NCBI GenBank assembly: GCA_976551045.1
Contig: CDPCPM010000301.1
Coordinates: forward strand, 2,294,001 to 2,358,000
DNA length: 64,000 nucleotides
Reading direction: 5' to 3'
From: Glaucostegus cemiculus
Lineage: Eukaryota
The translations under genes were made by a program, and so were the position numbers. The notes beneath the pieces are model-generated. The model saw only the letters and a list, made by a program, of their open reading frames with translations, was not told the DNA's origin and did no database searches. Within the stretch, counting starts at the first letter, position 1. Every line of letters starts with the position of its first letter. Shown here one piece after another: positions 50,754 through 63,927 of the stretch.

Positions 50754-52339
50754 CTGATAAACAAAAGAGAAAACTGATTTAATTATTGATGAAATACACA
50801 AAGGGAATCAAGTTAATATGATTGAGTTTGATTTTACCCATGTCTATAACTTTTAGCATATATGGGCCCAGAAATATTTCACACCATGCCTGTTTTGGGG
50901 GAAACTAACCAGCCTTATGTGATCTTAATAGTGAGCAAAAAGTACACAAACATTTCTAACTAAGAATGCACCACTTGGCACACTGGATAAAATGGCTGTG
51001 CCAGTTTTGAGAGCTAATTCTTTTAATTCTTTCTTTTCCAAGACGTAATCATTGTTGGCAAGATCAATATTTATTGTCCAAGCTAATTTCCCTTGAAAAA
51101 TGTGCTGATGAGTCATTTCCTTGATCTGCTGCTATCCTTCTGCTTGATAATCCCACAATAAATTCCAGGATTTAAATTCAGTGGAGGAACAGTGATATCA
51201 GGGACTTGAAGATGAACCTGGAGGCAGGGGTGTTCCCTTTCACTTACTGCCCTTGTTATTTTTGGGATTAGACATACAGGTTGGGGTTGCTGTATCCCAG
51301 GCAAGAAACTACAGTGCATTTGGTAAATGGTATACCCTGCAGTTTTAGTGCAATAGTGGTGGAGGAAAAATAATGTAACACCAATTAAATGGGCTGATTT
51401 GTCCTAGATGGTGTTAAATTTCTTGAATGTTGTTGGAATTGGACTTATCAGGTAATTGGAGACTATTCCATCATGCCCCTGACTTGTGCCTTGAGATGGT
51501 AAAAAGGTTTTGGAGTATCAGGAGTTAATCTTTGTAAAATTTTTCTCCTGGCAATAAATGCATAAAGAGGACAATAAAACTAACAGAACAAAAGCTCAAA
51601 AAACTATGAAATAACTTGGAAACATAACAAGTAAGACCTTTGAATTCTGAGAGTTTATGGTACAGCAAGAAACAATCCCAGGCATTGCAAAGGACAATAT
51701 CTTACTGATAAAGTGAGGTCCCACAAATTTATCAAAGCTAAAAATTTTCACAGGAACTAACGACTCAGGTCCAAATGAGGAGATAACAATGAAGGTACGA
51801 GTTATAAATGATATATTTTGTAACCAAAATGCCAAAAGGGAGGGGGCTCAATGGCCAATCAAGTAGCTGATCACACAGCTATGACAATAAACAATGATGA
51901 TGATAATATGATAATATCGGCACAACACCGTGGGCTGAATGGCCCGTGCTGTGCTGTACTGTTCAAGAACTGGGGCTGCAGTCAGAGGAGGATTCAATCA
52001 CATCAGTCAATTCCAGAAGGTATATTCAGCCAGTGCGACTACCTGAGAAATATCCATTCACAGTAACTAAAAGCGAAAGTGGGGATTTGTGAGCTGATAG
52101 CACTTGTGATTTAGAACATAGAAAAACTACAGCACAATTCAAGACCTTCGGCCCACAAAGCTGTGCTGAACATGTCCCTACACTAGAAATGTCCCTACAT
52201 TTGTGATCTTAAAACAGGGTTAAGGATCTATAACAGTGGTAATATTATTGATAATGTCCGTAGAAGGTATAACACAATCTCAAAAAATCTTTGAAGTTAA
52301 AGCTCCTAGTTAGCTATTTGTTATAATCCATAAATATGA

Positions 52340-52975
52340 ACTTAAAGTCATGGAGTTGGAGCCATACAGCATGGAAACAGGCCATTCCACCCATTACATC
52401 CATGCTGACCAATGGGCACCCATCCATATTAATCCCATTTTCTAGCACTTGGCCTGTAGCCCTCAATGCTGAGGCAATTCATGTGATTGTCTAGACAGCT
52501 CTTAAATGCTGACAGCAACTCTGCTTCCACCACCTTTTCTGGCAATGCATTCCAGGTACTCACTATATTGGATGACAAAGGTCACCCTCTAAATCTCTTA
52601 CCCCTGACTCTAAATCTATGTCCTCTAATTTTATTCACTTCTGATAAAGGGGAAAAGATTCCTCAAGTCTACCCTATCTATACCTCTCAAAATTTTATAT
52701 ACACTAATCATGTCCCCTCTTAACCTCATCTGCTCCAGGGACAACAGCTCTAGTCTCTCTAATCTCTCCTCATCACTAAAACACTTCATCCCAGACATCC
52801 TGGTGACTATCTTCTGCACCATCTCCAGCATCATCACTTCTTTTCAAATAGTGTAGTGACCAAAACTGCACACAGTACTCAAGCTGACCAATGTTGTATA
52901 AAGTTGGAACATAACCTCCCTATTTTTGTACTCAGTGTCAACTAATGAAGGGCAATATCTTATATGCCTTCTTTA
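52340..52975 (-). mobile_element. CR1 3' fragment
   Basis: LEMVQKIVTRM...ERLERLELLSLEQMRLRGDMISVYKILRGIDRVD (ORF 52631..52837). Confidence 0.8.
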
Positions 52976-54223
52976 CTACTTAGGGACAGGGGTTGAGAAT
53001 AAAAGTATGTATGTGGTTGGTTCAGTTGAATTTCTGGACAATGGTGACTCCCTGGATGCCAATGGTGAGATATTTAGTAATGGCAAAGACATTAAAGATC
53101 GAGTGTAACTGAAAAAACTCTGTCAGAAATGGTAATTGCCTGCCACTTTTGTTGCACAAATTTTTTTTGCCACTTATCATTTAATGCCCAAACATTCTTT
53201 AGGTACTGCTGCTTGGAGTGCCTCATTTTGAGGAATTCCAAATGGAAAAGAACATTTTGCACTCATCAGAAAATATCACCACTTCTAATGTTTAATGGAA
53301 AGAAAATCATTGCTGATGCAGCTAACGCTGGTTGTGCTTAGGACACTGCCCTGAGGAACTCATGAAGTGATGTCCTGGGACTGGTATGATCAACTTACAA
53401 CAACTAAAACCACTTCAGTTGCACAAGGAATGACTCCAACTACTGGAGGGTTTTCACCTTATGCTCATTGTCATCAGTGTTACCAGGGCTCCTTGATGTT
53501 ACACCTAGGTCTATTGCAGGCTTGATACCAAGAATGGTTACTTTCACCTCATATAAAGGGTAATATATTTTTCCAAAGACCTAATGTTTTATGTACCACA
53601 GGCTGAATTTGCACAATGTAGAGACAGTTGTTAGGATAATCCTGTCAATAATGATATATCAAAAAAGTTTGCAGTATACGCAAGTCCTTATCTCATTTCA
53701 GGCTTCTCAGCATTACTGCCAACTTCCAGATTTCAGGTTCTTGGCTTGCAGAAAACAATGCCTACTAGTTAAATGATCTAGCTTCTATCCAATGCCTAAT
53801 TCATACATCAGGACCATAAATGCATCATTTAAGGACCTTGGTGATCTTGCAGCAGTCATATTTTTCCTTTTGAGAGTGTATTCCTGGTATCTGTAGTCAG
53901 AGTGCAATTTCTCTTCTAAGATTTTTGCTGCCTTTAAGTCATTTCTTAGACAAATGATGTTCAACCATCCGTACTGTTGAGACAGCCAATAAGTTTAACA
54001 GATATCACCAAATTTAACCCAAATCAATTGTAAAAGATTCATACTGTGCATGCACTACATTGTTGTGATTCTGGGTACAAACAGATTTCCTGGCCATACA
54101 TTCCAATTGAATTTATATTTTAATTCAATTTTAACAGAAATTGTTTTTACTTTATTATTTATTGTCTTTATTTCACAGTTTACAGACTAACTTAGGCAAG
54201 AAAAAAATAAAGAAATATCTTAC

Positions 54224-54372
54224 GGGCTCCATCCAAGATCTGCAGGGTTGATGTAAAGTATTCCTGCTCGAGAGACAGTAGCTGGTGTAGCAGTTCTCAG
54301 GTGACTTATTTCAAAAAGCAAACGCATTGTGGGGTTCAGTGGAATTCGTTCGTTGCTAGCAAGAGTTAGCAC
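54224..54372 (-). CDS. DNAH17: Dynein heavy chain exon 4
   Basis: 149 nt, [49 protein letters not shown](P); phase 0/2. Confidence 0.95.
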
Positions 54373-54939
54373 CTTCATACAGTGAGTAACCCAAATTACA
54401 AAAAAGAAATAGTTTTAATTTCTCCAAGAAACCCTGAAAAATACCCATTATCTGTAAGAGTTTGCTTTGGACTAAAGTACTACAATGTACAATAGATTAC
54501 ACCATAAAATTGTCAATATTATGGGCAAATAAACTTGGCTTTTAATTTCACATCTAAACTATAAGACATTTGATCTTCCACCTGTGAGTAAATCCAAATA
54601 AAATGACTAAAAGTTATTTTAACTTAACATATTGATCATTCGATGGTTTCAGTGGTTAATGCTGTTACGTTTCACTGTAAATTATTTTTTGCTATGCAAG
54701 ACCAAAGTCTCAACGATGTACATCAAAGAAAATATGCTATCTGTGTGGAATTAACCAGTGTGCAATTTGCTAACTATGAGAGGGGGTATGGACAATATTT
54801 GTGAGCAGGGACTAATCTCATCAAATCGAATTTTCAACCTGAACAGATTCATTTATGTAGATTTTCTAACTAATTTACAGCTCTTAGTTCTTATTCTAGT
54901 AAACAAAGGCATGTCGGTGGTTATATGATGGGAGGTAGC

Positions 54940-56100
54940 ATGGACAAGACAGCAACAGTGATAGGGGATTCAGTCATATGGAAGGGGTGGTAAGGCAATA
55001 TAAAGATGTTTCTATAAGGCACACATCATTCTAGGAATAAATGAGTGAGTGAGTGCACGAGTGCATGAGCAAGCGAGTGTATATGGAGAGGGTATACAGG
55101 TACTGTTCATGATCGATATTGGAACCAGTGTCATAGGCAGAATGATGAAATATTACAGGCAGATAAAGGTTTTAGGGATGAGATTAAAAAGGAGGACTTC
55201 AATAATAGTATTGTCATAGTTACTGGGTTGTCATGTGTCATGGAGAACAAAATTAGAAAATAGTGCGAATAATTATGTGACTGAGTAGATGGTGTAGATG
55301 GGAGGTATTTAGATTCCTGGACATTGAGACTAGTTGTGATCGATCTCAATTCAACAGACCTGGTATCAATATCCTTTTGGGGAGGTTTACTTGTGCCTTC
55401 GGAGTGGGTTTAAAATACCTTGGCTGTGGGATTGGAACCTGACAACTGTTTTAGAAGGTATGGGTTAAATGAGCAAGCCTGGAAGGGACAGGAATGAAAT
55501 GAAAGGTAGAGGATCAAAGGATAGGTAAAAAGAAATTAAGCAAACTTGGGCGGGGCTTATTTATGTATATTTTATCATAAGGAGTCTTGGAAATGAAAGT
55601 GATGATAATTATGTGGGCATATGATATTGTGGCCATTATTGAAGCATGACTTCAAAAGGAGTAGGCATGGCATCACAACATTCCTGGTTCCAGACTCTTA
55701 AGATAAACTGCAGAGGAGATCCAAGAATGAAGGGGATAAAGCAATATTAGGTACAGAAACAATTAAAGCTTTGGGGAAGTTATTAAGCCAGAAATTTTAA
55801 CAGATGAGGCTAAATGGGTAGAAGTGAAGAACAGAAAAGGGACAATCTTATTTCCAGAGGAGTACTATTGATTACTGAGAAATCAGTAGGAGAAAGAAGA
55901 ATATATAAGCAAGCATCCAAGAAGTGAAAAAAAATCAAAAGGTAGATATAGTAAGTAACTGTCCTTACATTAACGGGAACAGAGCAGGTGGTGTAGAATT
56001 CTTGAAATACATTCCATGGAATGATTTTAATTAATATGTAGCAAATACAACAAGAGACAGGGGTTTCTGGATTCAGTTTAGGGAATGAAACCTTGCAAAT
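54940..56100 (+). mobile_element. Old CR1 ORF1-esterase/ORF2-APE remnant
   Basis: GTGATAGGGGATTCA (VIGDS), GATATTGGAACC, TATGATATTGTGGCCATT (YDIVAI) and AACATTCCTGG remnants. Confidence 0.55.
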
Positions 56101-56416
56101 GTTTTATCAGAAAAGGTGAATGAAACTGCCAAAGAAAGACAAGGGCAAGTAGAATTCTCAAAGTAATGTTTAAGGTGTTGTCAACTATTTTAGTAAAATA
56201 TGTTGAACAGAGGTGGTGTAAAACTGAAATTCAAAACTATAAGCAAATAAATTAGGATCCAATCCAAATGTCATACAAGGACAAGCAAATAAAGAAAACT
56301 TCATAATTATTTTGTTGGCAAAAATACAGTAAGAGTTGGTAATCCATTATTTGAAAATGTTTTCTTATTCAAACAAAGTTAGCCACCCTGAACTAGCCAT
56401 TGAAATATTGCCCAAC

Positions 56417-56544
56417 CTTGTTGTCATCCATCACAGTATTAAGAGATTCAATCCACATTGGATCTATGTCACCATCTAACACAATCCATTTTGGTCCATC
56501 ATGTGAAATATTGGCCAGGTCACGCATTATGGTTGAAAAGAGTC
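56417..56544 (-). CDS. DNAH17: Dynein heavy chain exon 3
   Basis: 128 nt, (G)[42 protein letters not shown]; phase 1/0. Confidence 0.95.
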
Positions 56545-58840
56545 CTGAAATGCAGAAACTAAGTTCATAATAAATATAAAATTTATTCTAATCAGATTAC
56601 AAATTCACTTACAAGCACGTTAGCAGCATGTGTTTAAAATATACCAATACAATGTAAAGATAACAACTCCACATTTTTAACTTCAAATATTTTTAGCCCA
56701 GCTTTAGCTCAATGGAAAAATAATCCTTTCATAGAAGAAAATCAAAATTTTGTACAATTAATCACTAGGGAGAGTTTTGGAAGTTTGGATGGATACAAAA
56801 AGTTCTTATTATAACAAATAAGTACTAAGAGCAGGGATCCACGGTATTACAAATACAAGGATCTATAAAAATGAGCTGATGCATAGACTACAAGAGGTTG
56901 CATAGGCAGATCGAGTTAGAACCATGGATGTAAGTAGCAACAAGATTTGGATTTGATGCACTTAGGATATTAGTGAGGACAGGATAAAACAAAGTACTTA
57001 TCAAGAAGTGAAAAGCTCTATCTCTTGGTTGTCAATCTAGGACTAGGGAATATTTTCAATTAAAAAAAAGCCAGAACTTTCAAGAAATGTGCAGAGGTTG
57101 GTAGCAAGGCAAGAAGGACAAGATAAAGTACTTCTCAGCTACCCTGTTCATCTTGGTTAGGTCACTATTTATTTGCCTGTTGTAAGTTTTGTTTCAGTTT
57201 TGTCCTCAGCAAAAGGCATAACTTCATATTTATCCAGAATGAACAACCGATAACATTTTTCTATCATCCCTAGGGTAATTTTTGTATTATCTGCAATCAT
57301 TTACGTCTAAGTCATTGTCATACACAACAAAAACGAATGTTCCAGACAATGAACATTCTAAATTTCATCTTCTAAACTGCTCTCCATTCCTCACAAAATT
57401 CAGTCATTACTGAAACAATTTCACATTATCTGTCTTTGATTAGTCACACTCTTTTAAATGAAGAATTGAACTGATCATCAGAGATTTTCCCAATAATTTG
57501 ACCACAAGTGGCCTGGAATTCTAATTCTCAGAGAAAAACTGGCAGGTCAATCCCCTGTATCAATGAGTAAAAAGGAAAATCTGAAGAACTGTTCTTTCAA
57601 ATAGGAAACTAGAAATCTAAGGGTAAGTTATGAAGGTGCCATGGATAATGGAATGAAAAAAGTTAAACTATATTGATTTAAATTATGTTGTGAGATTAAG
57701 ATAAACTGAAAAGGCAAATTTAAAAATGCTATCAAAAGCATTTTCTTCATACGTAGGTGCTACAAAACTCGGAATAAACTTCCAGTCAAAAGGTAATGAA
57801 GTAAAATTCTGCTGTTGCTTATTGGCCAATTCGAGGTGAATTTTGATTTGGGTGGTCTGATTTTCTACTGCAACTTTAAAAGTTTGATGGAAACTCCAGC
57901 CAAAAACATTTACACAATTTGGCTGAGATTTCTGCAAAAAATTACAGTGGGAAATCATATGCATGGGATGGGTAGCTGAGCTAGGTCAAACAGCCTTCTT
58001 CATCCCTACTAATAATTTTGTGAGACCTGTAGTATCAACATGAAGTAATCACTCTTTAGATACAGTGCAAATGCACTCTTATAAACTGAAATTACACTGC
58101 AAGATTTTAGATCATACTGTGTACCTTAAATAGTTTAGTTGTTGGCTTCCCTCTAACAGCAGTAACAAAAAACACACTTTTAAATTTGAGAAATGGGACT
58201 TTTATGGTCCAAGTCTACACTAATGTTTGGACAATAATTTTCTGCATAGCATAAAGTGATTCAGGTTTGTTCTTCCAATACTTTGGAATAAATATATTGT
58301 TTTCATATTAGATTTTCACCCATGGATGAATTTACTCCTGGTCTTCCTTTTGTTAAATTTATTCATAGCCTAAGATCATCACTGCCAGGGCCAGCATTCA
58401 TTGTCCATCCCTAATTGCCCAGGAACTGAATCATTGGCCTTTTTCACTAGGTAATGAAGAGCCAACTACGTTTGCAGCAAAAGGAGGTTTATAAACCCAT
58501 TTTTATGTCCATCATTTTATTCTACATTTATTTCATTACTTGAATTTAAATTAACCAGTTGTTATGAGGGATTGAAATTCATGTCTCCAGATAAAAATGC
58601 AGTAATATTACCATTGTGCTACTTCACCACTATTTTTAGTGGAGCTACAATAAAATTTCCATATGCATGCAGATCAAGTCTGAGTCAACTGTCTGCTAAA
58701 GTTTAGGTAGCAGAGTGGGAGAAATCTCAAGGAAATCCACCTTCCTCCACACATTCTAGAAATAAACTTTAAACCAGCGATTAACCAAGGAGATATTATG
58801 ATGCTTTTTCAGCTTGTGCTTAGCAGTTCAAACCAATTAC

Positions 58841-58973
58841 CGTCTTTCCATTCCCTTGTTGCTGGGTTAATAATCCCAAACAGTTCATCACAGGTCACAG
58901 CTTTAGGATCAAGATCAATGCTGATGGCTTTTCGTTTCAAGTTCAGATAAGTCGTTTTCAAGGATCGCATTAC
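58841..58973 (-). CDS. DNAH17: Dynein heavy chain exon 2
   Basis: 133 nt, [44 protein letters not shown](G); AAG acceptor, GTAATT donor; phase 0/1. Confidence 0.93.
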
Positions 58974-59544
58974 CTTCCAAGTTAAACAAAAAAAAACAGT
59001 CAGACTGAAAATTAGTTATCAAAATCATTGTCTAGCACTAGTCTGGCTTGAATGTTATTTGACACTTATCAGTCCATGCCTGAATGTTGTCAGGACATGA
59101 GATGCTTCATTTTCTGAGGAGTGGAAATGGAATTGAACATTGCGCAATCATCAGTGAACATCCACATTTCTGATATAATGGGAAGGTGGTCATTCATGAA
59201 TCAGATGAGCATGGTTATCCTGTCCCAAGACATTCCTGTAATCATGTCTTGGAACTTAGATTATTGATGTTCAATAAACATTACCATCTTTGTTTGTGCA
59301 AAGTGTGACTCCAACTGTACTTAAACTTCAGTTTTACCATAAAGTACCCTTATGACTCCCAGTGATTCTTTCAAGTGGGGTTCAACATGAACTGATTCAT
59401 CTATTGAGGGATGACAAAAGATGGCAGTCAGGAGGTTTTCTTGCCCATGTTTGAAATTATACCATCAGACCCCACAGGGTTTGGAGAAAACTCCCAGAGC
59501 TACTCCATCCTATGTGTACTATGTGAATACTCCTTGTGGGTCTG

Positions 59545-60385
59545 TCCTGCTAATAGCTGTCCATGTTTTCCAGGATCTCATTATGAACCTTACTTGTCAT
59601 AGGGCAGTGAGATGCAGTAAGGGCAGGTTGGTAGAGTACCTTTTTCTTGTAGATATTGGGTATGAGACTTATCCTTTCATATGCTTCAGTGAAAGACTCA
59701 GAGGGTATCCTCTGAGCATGTGCAAATGCAAGGGTCATCTGTACACTGAGCTCAACTCCTCAGCTTTGGGTAACTTTAGTTCTGAAATGCAGTCACAACA
59801 GGTTGAACAAGCTTTGAAGATTTGCTCCATTCCTGCAGGAAATTTGTCCAAGGCGAGATGCAAAACTACAGTAAGATTGAGAAGCCTAGAGCAGACGTCT
59901 GAAGGCACTGGAAAAATACCACCAACCCTGTCTCCGCAAAACCCTACAAATTTATTGAAAGAATATAAGTGAAGCAATGTCAGCAACCTCTCCCAGGCCA
60001 TCAGATTTTAACGTGGGCTACTACATTGGGCTGCCCACATCATTCACAAGCCTGACACCAGACTCCCAAATCAGGCACTTTATTCTGAGCCCTGTCCTGG
60101 GATTACCAAGCATATAGAGGAAAAGATTCAAGAACGTGCACAAAGCTTCTTTGAAGAAATGCAACATCCCCACCAATTCCTGGGAATCACATGATTGCTC
60201 AAAGTGGAGAAGGAGCACTCAGGATGGTATTGGGAACCTTGAGGCCCTACATTAGCAGCAAAAGGAACAGGCCACATCACAACAGCTTCCCACCTTATCC
60301 CAACAGCCACCACCCGCTGCATCTGTCAAAGAGTCTGTAGTGCCCGCATTGACTTCAATAGCCACCTCAGAACCCGTAAATTCAG
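59545..60385. mobile_element. RTE-clade LINE fragment with an inverted 5' part (59545-59885 minus; 59888-60385 plus)
   Basis: Minus part: VVLHLALDKFPAGMEQIF and FTEAYERISLIPNIYKKKVLYQP...HNEILENMD. Plus part: SRRLKALEKYHQPCLRK, LHWAAHIIHKPDTRLPNQALYSE and ICQRVCSARIDFNSHLRT. Confidence 0.7.
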
Positions 60386-60404
60386 TGCAAATAAATCATT
60401 CTCG

Positions 60405-61110
60405 ATCCATATCCACATAGTACATAGTTCCCTGAAGTGGCATTGCAGGTAGACAGGGTGGTGAAGGTGGCTTTTGGCACACTGGCCTTCGGCACACTGG
60501 CCTTCATCAGTCAGGGCACTGAATATAGAAGTTGCAACGTTATGTTGCAGATGTGCAAGATATTGGTGAGGCTGCATTTGGAGTATTGTGTTCAGTTTTA
60601 GTCAGCCTGCTATAGGAAAGATGCCATTTAGCTAGAAAGAGTGCAGAGGAGATTTACAAGGATGTTGGCAGGACTGAAGGGATTGAGTATGGAGAGAGGT
60701 CGAGTAAGTGGGACTTTTTTCCACTGGAGCGCAGGAGAATGAGGGTGATCTTATAGAGGTGTATAAAATCATGAGGGGCATAGATAGGGTGAATGCGCAC
60801 AGTCTGTTTCCCAGGATTGGGGAATCAAGAACCAGAGGACATAGGTTTAAGATAAGAGGGAAGAGATATAATAGGAATCCAAGGGGCAACTTTTTTTAAC
60901 GCAATGAGTGGTCAGCACATGGAATGAGCTGCCAGAGGAAGTGGTTTAGGCAGGTACATTAACAACATTTGAAAGGACTTGGACAGGCACATGGTTAGGA
61001 AAGCCTTAGATGGATATGGGCCAATTGGGACTAATCTAGATGGGAATCTTGGTTGGCAGTTGCTAGTTGGGTTGAAAGGCCTGCTTCCATGCTCTACAAC
61101 TCTATGAGCC
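60405..61110 (+). mobile_element. CR1 3' fragment
   Basis: LVRLHLEYCVQF, GDLIEVYKIMRGIDRVNAHSLFPRIGESRTRGHRFK. Confidence 0.85.
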
Positions 61111-61734
61111 TGCCTTAGAAGAAGCACAAGCATTACAATGGTTAAAGGCGGCAGGTCCACAGGCTCATCAGAAACACTGAGGAACTGAATGCTAATTCAA
61201 TTCCAGATGTTTTTCTGATGGCCAGACACCGACATTGTATTGTTCAAGAGATTCAAATTTAGCAAATTTATTTCTACTATTAAAGAAAAGAGAGAGAAAA
61301 TTAACTATCAACTGGTTAGCCTGACATGGGTAGCAAGGAAAATATTGGAATTATTAAGGGAAATGGTAACTGCACACTTGGAAAATAATAACAGGCTTAG
61401 GCTGAATCAACATGGACTTATGAGAGGGTGATTGCATTTGACATATCTGTTGGAACTTTTTGAGGTTGTAATTAGCATAATGGGTAAGGGCAAACCAATT
61501 TGATGTTGGGTACTTGGACTTTCAGAAAGCCTTTGATAATGTACCACATGAAGTTATTATACAAATTTATAACACGTGAATTGACTGCTGGATAAAAAAA
61601 TTAGGGGGCATGAACAAAAGGTTATTGTGTTGGGGAACTGTGACTGGGCGTTGGTGTTGGTAGGGCATTCATCTTGGTAGAACATAATAGAAAAGCAGTA
61701 TTTCATTTTAATGCTGAGTGATTGAGAAGTATTG

Positions 61735-62862
61735 GCAAAGTCCTGCATGGGAGGCTGCTCCAGAAAGTTAAGTCACTTGGAATTCAGGATGAAGTAGTCA
61801 ATTGAATTCAACTTTGGCTTAGCAGAAGTTGCCAGGGAATGGTAGTAGATGGTTGTGTCTCTGATTGGAAGCCTGTGACTAATGGTGTGCCGCAGGGATC
61901 AGTGCTGGGTCTGTTATTGTTCAACATCTATATTAATGATTTAGATGGTAATGTGGAAAACTGGATGAGCATATTTGCGGATGACACCAAGATTGGAGAT
62001 GTAGTGGACAGCCAGGAAGGCTACCAAAGCTTGCAAAGTGATCTGGACCAGCTGGGAAAATGGGCTGAAAAAAATGGCAGATGGAATTTAATGCAGAAGT
62101 GTGAGGTAATACACTTTGGGAGGACAAACTAAGGTAATACTTGCACAGTGAATGGTAGGGCACTGAGGTGTGTGGTAGAACAAAGGGACCTGGGAATACA
62201 TATCCATAATTCCTTGACAGTGGCATTGCAGGTAGATAAGGTCATAAAGAGAGCTTTTGGCACATTGACCTTCATAAATCAGGGCACTGAGTACAGGAGT
62301 TGTGTTATGTTGAAGTTGTATAAAACATTGGTGAGGCCAAATTTAGAGTATTGTGCGCATTTCTGGTCACCTACCCACAGGAAAGATATTAATAAGCTTG
62401 AAAGAGTGCAGAGAAAACTTAGACAGACGTTGCTGGGTTTTGAGGACCTGAGTTACAAGGATAGGTTGACTAGGTTAAGATTTTATTCTCTGGAGTGTAG
62501 CTTGAGGGGAAATCTTAATACAAAATTATGAGGGGTTTAGATAGGGTGAATGCATGCAGGATTTTTCCTCTCAGGTTGGGTGAGCCTAGAAATAGAGGTC
62601 ATAGGTTTAGGGTGAAAGGTGAAATATTAAGGGGAATCTGAGGGTGAACTACCTCACTCAGCAGGTGATGCAGGTGTGGAATGAGCTGCCAGCAGAAGTG
62701 ATGGATGCAGCTTCAATTGTAACATTTAAGAGAAGTTTGGATATGTACATGAACAAGAGAGGTATTATCCGGTTGCAGGGAGATGGGACGAGGCAGAAAA
62801 CTAGGCCAGCATGGACTAGATGGTCCAAAGGGCCTGTTTCTGTGTTTTACGGCTCTATGGTG
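61735..62862 (+). mobile_element. CR1 RT/3' fragment nested among older CR1 remnants (about 61280-61560 and 62865-63440)
   Basis: GVPQGSVLGLLLFNIYINDLD, IFADDTKIG, LVRPNLEYCAHFWSP; frameshifted. Confidence 0.88.
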
Positions 62863-63789
62863 TTCAGAGGGACCTAGATGCCCTTGTACATTAATCACTG
62901 AAAGTTAATATATAGGTTCAGCAAGCAATTAAAAAGCAAACACCACATTGGCTTTAATTGCAAGACATTTGAGTACAAGAGTGGAGACATCTAGTGAGGT
63001 TGTATCTGGAATATCATGTACAGGTCTAGATTCCCAAACTTAACCACACTTTCAATAGAGAAAGAGCACAATGAAGATTTATCAAACTGACTCCTGGGAA
63101 GGAATGATTGTTGTTTACAGAGAGATTATGTAAACTAGGTGATCTCACTGAAATAAATAAAATTCTTAAGGGGCTTGATAGAGTTGCTGTTTCTTCTGGT
63201 TGGATTTCCAGGGACCACATTCTCAATAGAAAAGATCACTTATTCGCAATAGAGAAGATCTTTCTTTACCAAGAGGATGGAGAATTTTTAGAACCATCTA
63301 TCCAAAGCAATTATGGAAGCTAGGTTGCCAAGTACATGCAAGACAGAGACTGATGGTTTTGCAAGTAATTAGTGATCAGTCAAAAGGAGTAAAATGGCAT
63401 ATTCCTCTTGCTATGTCTTACATTCTGGTTTTATGTTACAATCAGAATCACAAGACTCCTATTTGCATATTTGGGGTTTCATTCTGTGGCTGGACAGGAA
63501 AACTGACTGACGTTTTTGATACTGATAGCTTTTTACACATCTCTCACAAGGTGATGGTAACATTAGCTCACCAGGAAAACTTGAGGACAAGAAACAGAAA
63601 AGAAAACATCTGTTTCTTTAAACCAGAATTGAAAATCAACGTGGTTCTATGGCCTGATAAACCATTCATAATGAAGAATCAATAGATGTCTTCAAATAGT
63701 TAAATTGTGAATCTTGGTACATAAAAAGGACATGAATGAATTTGAAAAAAGAAAGTTCACTATCTCAAGCATTTCAAACTGATATTTAC

Positions 63790-63927
63790 CTGCGATTTTC
63801 CACTTCCAGCATTGCCAACTATGAAAACTGAGTGACGTACTTGAAGTATTTCCTCCAGCTGAATTATTTTCAGGACAAAGTTATCTTCAGGTTGTAGATG
63901 AAGTTCTAGAATTGACTGCCTAACAAT
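63790..63927 (-). CDS. DNAH17: Dynein heavy chain exon (window exon 1; AAA2 P-loop)
   Basis: 138 nt, [46 protein letters not shown]; TAG acceptor, CAG|GTAAAT donor; phase 0/0. Confidence 0.93.

Larger units (their letters stand above)
3477..63927 (-). other. DNAH17: Axonemal outer-arm dynein heavy chain gene, DNAH17-like (internal part: 23 exons, 1300 codons; AAA2-AAA4 and stalk/MTBD)
   Basis: 23 exons with canonical AG/GT ends and matching phases sum to 3900 nt with no stop. P-loops are GNAGSGKS (AAA2), GNAGTGKS (AAA3) and GVGGSGKQ (AAA4). Residues that favour DNAH17 over DNAH9/11, from recalled sequences: [90 protein letters not shown]. Confidence 0.9.

Noticed and set aside
59421-59972. 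183-aa + strand ORF
   Set aside because: Spans the antisense RTE segment and the inversion junction; no coherent protein.
3477-63927. Dynein pseudogene or non-canonical (GC-AG, U12) introns
   Set aside because: All 22 internal introns are GT-AG with compatible phases and no U12-type donor; no stop or frameshift in the exons.
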